A stretch of 14,258 bases of DNA from Octopus sinensis (taxonomy: Eukaryota): the NCBI RefSeq assembly GCF_006345805.1, contig NW_021825879.1:1-14258 (forward strand). Reading direction: 5' to 3'. Every line of letters starts with the position of its first letter. Position 1 is the stretch's first letter. The notes under the pieces were generated by a model that saw nothing but the letters and a program-made list of their open reading frames with translations, had not been told where the DNA came from and did not search any database. The position numbers were made by a program, and so were the translations under genes. Below, piece by piece: positions 6,580 to 14,258 of the stretch.

Positions 6580-7068
6580 ACTAAATACGACCAAAAAAAT
6601 TAAATAATAATAATACTAAGTAGGTGTAAACACTTGAACAAGATAAAAATAAACAAAAACAAATTACACGAACATGTATAAAGAGGAAATGCAAATATTA
6701 CAGGCACTCCTCCCCCCCCCCACAGACACGCACTAACTAAACATAGACACACATAGAGGTATATGCATGCGCAAATGAAGATACATACAATAGGAATACA
6801 AAATACAAAATGGCTGACCGTTAGTAAGGAGAGACACACAAATAAGAAAGAAGAAAGCAAAGGACCACCGATGAGGTCACAGAAGTGTGACGAAAGAACT
6901 CTGGCCGAAATAAGATTAAGATCAATGTAAAAATACATAACGCTGAAGCAAATTATCACCAAATATATAGTGCGAGTGTTTTTATTGGATAAACTGGCAA
7001 AATGACCATTCCTAAATACAACATCTGTTTCAACACACAATTTCACATCAAGAATCTTCCAAAACACA
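6580..7068 (+). mobile_element. Probable Penelope-like element fragment (terminal repeat with hammerhead plus decayed ORF start)
   Basis: Contains a hammerhead at 6862-6906. It is followed by 7002-7067 MTIPKYNICFNTQFHIKNLPKH, which resembles an I-x-FN...LPKY motif I recall from N-termini of octopus Penelope ORFs (unverified). Truncated at (TA)n. Confidence 0.45.
6862..6906 (+). ncRNA. Compact type I hammerhead, U4C core variant
   Basis: Stem I GGACCA/UGGCC; CCGAUGA 6868-6874; extra G; stem II GUCACA/UGUGAC, 6 bp perfect with GAAG loop; GAAA 6892-6895; minimal stem III AG-AA-CU; C17 at 6901. Confidence 0.65.
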
Positions 7069-7078
7069 TATATATATG

Positions 7079-7124
<46 letters not shown>

Positions 7125-7340
7125 ATATATATATATCACCATATTGATTGTAATTATTGTACTGTATTAATGTATAATATCATTGCTATTGTGTAGTGTT
7201 TTAATAATGTATATGATTCGGTATTATCTGACAGTTGATGATTGATTTAGATATATTTCTCCATTTTCTTATTTTGTATATATATATATATATATTTGTG
7301 CATGTGTGTGTGTGTGTACCTATATGTTTGTGTCTCAGTG

Positions 7341-7515
7341 TATGCGTTTGTCCATCACATACCCGTAAAATTTAGCGGTTCAACTAAAGACACCAATAGA
7401 AGTACAAATCTTTCAGAATAAAGTCCTAGGGTCGAGTTGTTCGACTAAAACCTTTCGTGGCGATACTCCAGCATGGCCGCAGTAAAATAACTGAAGCAAC
7501 GGAAATAGATAGAAG
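7341..7515 (+). mobile_element. 3' half of a degenerate SINE (same family as 548-1017)
   Basis: ttagcggttc, gaataaagtcctagggtcgagttgttcgactaa and ccagcatggccgcagt..actgaagcaac are collinear with the reverse complement of 548-700. Confidence 0.85.
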
Positions 7516-7917
7516 GGATAAATACGATACTGGAGGAGACCCTCCGATGACTTTCTAACAGAAGAAACCTCATCCATAAATATCTCGAGGACCCGGATAC
7601 AATTTTCTCCCTACGGAAAAGTACATCCTTCGTTGGTGGAGGGACAGCTTTGTGAATATCCCAAATCCATTTGCGGTAAGATCTCTGTGTTTAGCACCTT
7701 GTGGGAAGTAAAGAAATAGGTATACTTAGCTTCTGGAATTCATATTCAGTAACATGATCCATATGTTTAGTATACCTTGAAACAGCTGTAATTTAGTAAT
7801 ACTGTCCAAGTGGCTAAGTTTCGGTGACATGCGCAACTGAGACAATACGGTTTAAGGGAAAAAATCTTATCAAAGGTAGAAAGGCAAGGATTGCCTTCGG
7901 GTGTATTTAAAAGAAGG

Positions 7918-8071
7918 TCTATCTATCTATCCGCTCAGTCGAAGTCGACTCTCGGTCACTCGTTGGATCAGTGTCCTCCAGGCAGTTCTATCCTGGGCCG
8001 CTTCTTTCAGATTGGCTATGTCCATTCCGGTATCACTCTTGATGGTGTCAAGCCAGCGGATTCTTGGTCGG
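7918..8071 (-). pseudogene. 5'-truncated RTE-clade (BovB-like) LINE: ORF C-terminus and short repeat tail
   Basis: Minus-strand translation RPRIRWLDTIKSDTGMDIANLKEAAQDRTAWRTLIQRVTESRLRLSG* fits the RTE C-terminal GRP..RW.D..K.D...A.DR..WR motif. The stop overlaps an (ATAG)n tail. Confidence 0.85.
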
Positions 8072-8156
8072 TACACACCTGCTGATAAAAACCTGGAACA
8101 AGACTGTAAGTTGTCAACTGAAAAGTCAAAGTCTATGGAAAAAAGTAAGCTAAGAT

Positions 8157-8533
8157 GTGTGTGTGTGTGTGTGGTTGTGTGTGTATGCATGTATGTATAT
8201 GTCCATGTATGTATATATGTAGGTGTATATATGTATGTTTATATATGTATATATATATCTGTATATATGTATTTAAGCGATAGATCATCCCTTGGAATAC
8301 AATATCTGTGTATCTATCCATATATATATATATATTATATATGAATTATATTATATATATATATATATATATATCTATATGTATATATATGTGTTGTGTG
8401 TGTGGTATGTGTGTGTGTATCTTTATAGGTACGTATACATGTGTGTGCATGTTATAATAGCTACACATGCATATATGCGCATGTGTGTACAACACGCACA
8501 TAAACACACACGTTATATGTATGTATAATATAT

Positions 8534-8579
<46 letters not shown>

Positions 8580-8580
8580 C
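8157..8580. repeat. Compound (TG)/(TA) microsatellite
   Basis: Read directly. Confidence 0.9.
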
Positions 8581-8899
8581 AGGTATATATAAACATATGC
8601 ATATATGTACATCTGTATATACACATATTAAATTCGTATGCATAATTTTCCCGTCTGCCTGAAACATGAAAGGAATAAAACGGAATTACCATTCTTTCAT
8701 AGACATATCCAGCGTTGGAACTAAAACCTTCTAGACCTCATTGATATTTCAAATGAAATTCCATCCCCGACCGTTATTCTTTCATTTCAAAGACAGCTCC
8801 TTTTCTTTTTTTTTTGTCTCTTTTTTTTGTCCCTTTTTTTTCAGCATTTCCGATATCTTTAACTTTTTTCTATCTCCGTCTATCTTTTTCACTCCCTCA

Positions 8900-8975
8900 T
8901 ACATTCATTCATTTATTCATTCACTCAATAACAGAGTCACTTAGTCACTCACTTATCTTCTCTCTCTCTCTCTCT

Positions 8976-9010
<35 letters not shown>
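8900..9010. repeat. (TTCA/TCAC)n followed by (CT)n
   Basis: Read directly. Confidence 0.85.
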
Positions 9011-9014
<4 letters not shown>

Positions 9015-9125
9015 TTTCTATCAATCGTTCCGTAGTATCGATATTTCCCAGTGATGTCTCGGGAAGGCATAATGGCGTTTATCAATATGTCTTCGTCTTT
9101 ATCAAACACTCAGGATTTTCTTTTC

Positions 9126-9390
9126 TATACACACACTCATACACACATATACATAAATATGTAGATGCATACACATTCATATACACATCTACCTACATAT
9201 ATACATACGTATATATATATATATATATACACGTACATACATATATGAACAAATACACACACACATATATATATACAAGTGTATGTATATATATATATGT
9301 ATATATGTATGCATGTACGTATGCATGTATGTATGCATGTATATATATATGTGTGTGTGTGTATGTGTGTGTGTGTCTGTGCGCGCGCGC
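9126..9390. repeat. Compound (CA)/(TA)/(TG) microsatellite
   Basis: Read directly. Confidence 0.9.
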
Positions 9391-9444
9391 TATCATTTCT
9401 ATCCACCTTTCACTATCGGGAGTTGAATAGAATAATACGAAAGG

Positions 9445-9560
9445 AAAAATAAATAAATAAAATAAATAAATAAAATAAATAAGGGAATAAAGAATGTAAA
9501 ATAAAACAGAATAAAAATAACCCTAAAAAAAGTTTCTGATAAAAACAAAAAAAAATTTTT
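9445..9560. repeat. (AAAT)n / A-rich tract
   Basis: Repeated aaat units and A runs. Confidence 0.8.
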
Positions 9561-9728
9561 TTTTTCAAAAAATATATGAAGAAATAAATGTACCCGAACA
9601 GGATGATATTGAATACCTGTGTTGAGTTAATCAAAGCAAACACAATAACGTACAGAGTTACGTAAATGGAGGTGCGTGTGCCGGTTCCTTATTCATATGT
9701 GTATGCGAATAATGAAGGTATAAGATGC

Positions 9729-10810
<1,082 letters not shown>

Positions 10811-11154
10811 GTAAGTGGAAGGCTGCGTAAACTAATACATTTAAACGTATAGGTTTGAACGTGAGACACTACACATCTTCCTATTAAAAGTAGATATTAT
10901 ATAATTTAATTCACCTGCCACATACATACTCTAATTTCCCATTGTGTATATGAATAGCTTTGCTATCGTTAATGGGATGCAATTTCAAAGTTATACGTTA
11001 TAATAATAAAAGATTAACATACATTTTTCCATCGATTTTTTATTTTTTTCTAGTTGATATAATATATATTCTTTACATTTTTTTTTCAACCCGATACTTT
11101 GGTTGTGCAGGAGTTGAAACTAACTCGGAATCTCCTCTTAACGTTTCTCAATTT

Positions 11155-11172
11155 CTCTCTCTCTCCCTCTCC

Positions 11173-11205
<33 letters not shown>

Positions 11206-11231
11206 CTTCTCTCTTTCTCTTTCTCTCTCTT

Positions 11232-11317
<86 letters not shown>

Positions 11318-11460
11318 ATATATCTGGTTCTCTATGTCATTCTACTTCAAGTTTTCTCCCTTATGTTATGTTTACAAGTATACACATGCATATATCTATA
11401 TATATATATATCTTTTTATGTGTGTCTATGTGAGCCTTTTTCTATATATGTATACCCGTA

Positions 11461-11491
<31 letters not shown>

Positions 11492-11767
11492 TCATATATT
11501 TACCTAATTATCAATTTATCTACCTATCTACCTATCTATCTATCGATGAGTATCTCTCTATATATTTATCTATGTATCTGCCAATCTGTTTGACTTTCCA
11601 TCAATGTATCTGTGTGTCGGTCCGTCGCTCCCTCCTCCCACCCATCTAATCTATCCTTCTATCTATTTATCTATCTATCTGTCTATCTATCTATCTATCT
11701 ATCTATCTATCAATTTATCTATATATATATATATATGTTTATGTGTGTGTGTGTGTATCTTTATACG

Positions 11768-11819
<52 letters not shown>

Positions 11820-12019
11820 CATACACACGTTTGCGTGCGTACATACATATAACTGCATGTGCATGTGTGCGTGTGTGTATATTTACAGAGTTCTATACTA
11901 CATAAATGCGCAAGAATCTCCTTCTGTTTATTTGTGTATGCATACATATATATATATAAACTTTTATAAACCTATGTATATATATATAATAAGTGTGTCT
12001 GTATATATATATGAATTTA

Positions 12020-12058
<39 letters not shown>

Positions 12059-12200
12059 ATTTATATATATACACACATGCACACAAATAAACATATACAC
12101 ATACATATTGTTGTGTATGCATATTTCATATTCATCTGTACTCCTATACGTTAATACGCAGTTACTTGAGCGTATATGCATGCATACATAGATGCCTGTC
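11155..12200. repeat. (CT)n, (TA)n, (TATC)n and (TG)n compound microsatellite block
   Basis: (CT)n ~11155-11280, (TA)n 11281-11316, (TATC)n ~11458-11720, then mixed TA/TG. Confidence 0.9.
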
Positions 12201-12530
12201 TTCATACATTCACGCATACATACACGTGTATATACATCTTTATGAGTTGCACATAAAAATACACTTACACATGTATCACTTAGTATTGTATTTCTTTCTG
12301 TTTATCTTAAAGTACCTGTTTGTCTGTGTATTGGTGGGTGTACAACGGTGCATGTGTCTATGTACACTCCTCTCTGTGTTTATAAATACGGGTGTGTGGG
12401 CATCTTTATGGTTGTGGACCCGTTTTTCTGTGCGGTAAGTTAATTAGGTCCGCCAGATTGATATGCACCAAACTAAACTGTTTGTAGGAGCCCATTTTCT
12501 CTGTTTGGTACTTAAATATACATTGCCATA

Positions 12531-12719
12531 TGTACGTATGTATATATGTATATATGTATGTATGCATGCATGTATGTATGTATGTATATATATGTGTGTG
12601 TGCGTGTATATATATATAATAACTATTTTTCTCAATTTCTTTCCTTTACATGCAATTATGTCTGTTTGTTTTATAATTATATATTACATATACATATAAA
12701 CTTACAAATATACATATAT

Positions 12720-12753
<34 letters not shown>

Positions 12754-12934
12754 GCTGCATATATATACATATATATACTGAAATATATGTTATCGTATAT
12801 ATGCATATGTGTTTGTATGTGTATATAGACCAATATACATGAACATATATATGCATATATATGTCTGTGTATAAACACATACCCTGACAGAGACACACAC
12901 AGGTAATAATATATAATATATATATATTAAATAT

Positions 12935-12965
<31 letters not shown>

Positions 12966-13067
12966 GCGTCTGTATGTGTGTGCGCGCGCACATAAAAATA
13001 CAAAAGTATATAATTGTTTTGTGTCTTTAGTTCGTTGTCTTTGTGTGTCTGTGTCTAAGTATGTGTG

Positions 13068-13128
<61 letters not shown>

Positions 13129-13140
13129 GTGTGTGTGCGT
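12531..13140. repeat. Compound (TA)/(TATG)/(TG)n microsatellite
   Basis: Read directly; pure (TG)n around 13072-13125. Confidence 0.9.
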
Positions 13141-14227
13141 GCGTGTTTGTTTTTACGCAAATGCGAGTGTGTATGTTTGCGTGCGCATTATTTATTCAGG
13201 AAATAACCATAACGTTAGTGTTCCTGTCGGAACGGTGGGCCATTATCCACTAGACAGAAGAGAGAAAGATAGAACAGCGGAAAGGAAAAAAAAAATATAT
13301 AAAGAACGACAGTTTCGTTATTCACTTAAATAATAAAAAAATAGCCAAACAAAAAATCCCCAACAAATAATAATAATAATTTCTTTCGACATGACGCAAT
13401 TTGGTTTATTGATTCGCCATAGTGATTCTGAATATTCTAATAGAATAGAGTTGAAGGAAACGTTAACCAAAAACTGATTCCTAAATTGAATAAGGAAATT
13501 TCATACTGACTACATCGTTATATTGTGGGGTTGTCTTTTCTTTGGTTATTTACAGTCAAGGAATTTGGTCACCATTATGCCGTTCGTCTGGTGAAGATGT
13601 TCGCTTCATAAGAACCTTTGTTTCTTTTTCCTTCTAAATGCTTTTTTTTTTTCTTGCGTCACTCAAAATCAAATGCAAGTGTCTTCTCTCCTTAGAATCA
13701 GATTGATCTAATACCTGTGCTTAATAATTTAGAGGTGCAAATTGTGTGGTATTTACGCAGCTTTCATTTTATATATGCCCTTGCTTTTTTAGCTCCCGAT
13801 TTAATGTGTCGTCCAGTTGTCATTCGATGTCCTTATATTACTGAAGTATACACTGTAGCAAGCATTTGGACAACGCTTCCGGACTGAAGATAACTTAATA
13901 TTTTGAAGTGATTTTACTTGTGGGACTGATTCATTCAACACATTTCTTTTGCATGTTTCCTCATCGTCTGTTGAATAAACTCAGCATGTTAATTGATGGA
14001 GTGGTCTTAATATATTGCAGTGATTTGTCGACGTCGTTATTTTGTCGAATAAAATCTCTTACAGTTCTTGTACAGGTTCTGTATGTTCTGAGATCTCGTG
14101 TCGCAGGAATCAAACTTGTCTTCCATCTTTCTAGATTGATAAATAAAATACTACATGGATGGAGATTGCAGAGCGTCAAATGGAATGCAATGCGGTTTCT
14201 GTACTGTCGCGCATAGCGCTGTGAATT

Positions 14228-14258
14228 CGGCGAGCTGGCAGAATCGTTAGCACGCCGG
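14228..14258 (+). mobile_element. 5' head of a third tRNA-derived SINE, cut by the window end
   Basis: cggcgagctggcagaatcgttagcacgccgg has an A-box-like TGGCAGAATCG and matches the start of a SINE I recall from octopus. Only 31 bp are visible. Confidence 0.65.

Noticed and set aside
7540-7575. CCGAUGA...GAAA-CC-UC motif
   Set aside because: Two extra bases before a 4-bp AU-rich stem II, a non-pairing stem III and a 1-bp stem I. Likely chance.
12313-12440. Segment between a pyrimidine-rich AG and a perfect GTAAGT donor
   Set aside because: The content is TG-rich and looks like decayed microsatellite, and the translations are low-complexity.
13884-13910. CUGAAGA core match
   Set aside because: No stem II followed by GAAA and no stem I complement.

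Overview
Eukaryotic, very AT-rich, non-coding DNA dominated by (TA)n, (TG)n, (CT)n and (TATC)n microsatellites. The tRNA-derived SINE families are ones I recall from Octopus genomes (recollection, not a search). No intact gene is supported. Most ORFs in the track are microsatellite read-through; the exceptions are the C-terminal remnant of an RTE LINE (7918-8071, minus) and a possible Penelope ORF start. The first 8 kb is a dense stack of mobile elements: four SINE copies (one with an 11-bp TSD, one split in two), three fold-back/MITE elements and Penelope-like fragments. The main discovery is five hammerhead ribozyme (HHR) motifs between 3255 and 6906. Two unrelated direct-repeat elements look like retrozymes (ribozyme-carrying, non-coding tandem monomers): a ~489-nt monomer at 5744-6510 (+) and a ~425-445-nt monomer at 3471-4484 (-). 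Each carries an extended type I HHR with a long stem II. Despite no sequence similarity outside the core, both can form the same stem I / stem II internal-loop pseudoknot. All structures were paired by eye, and activity is untested.
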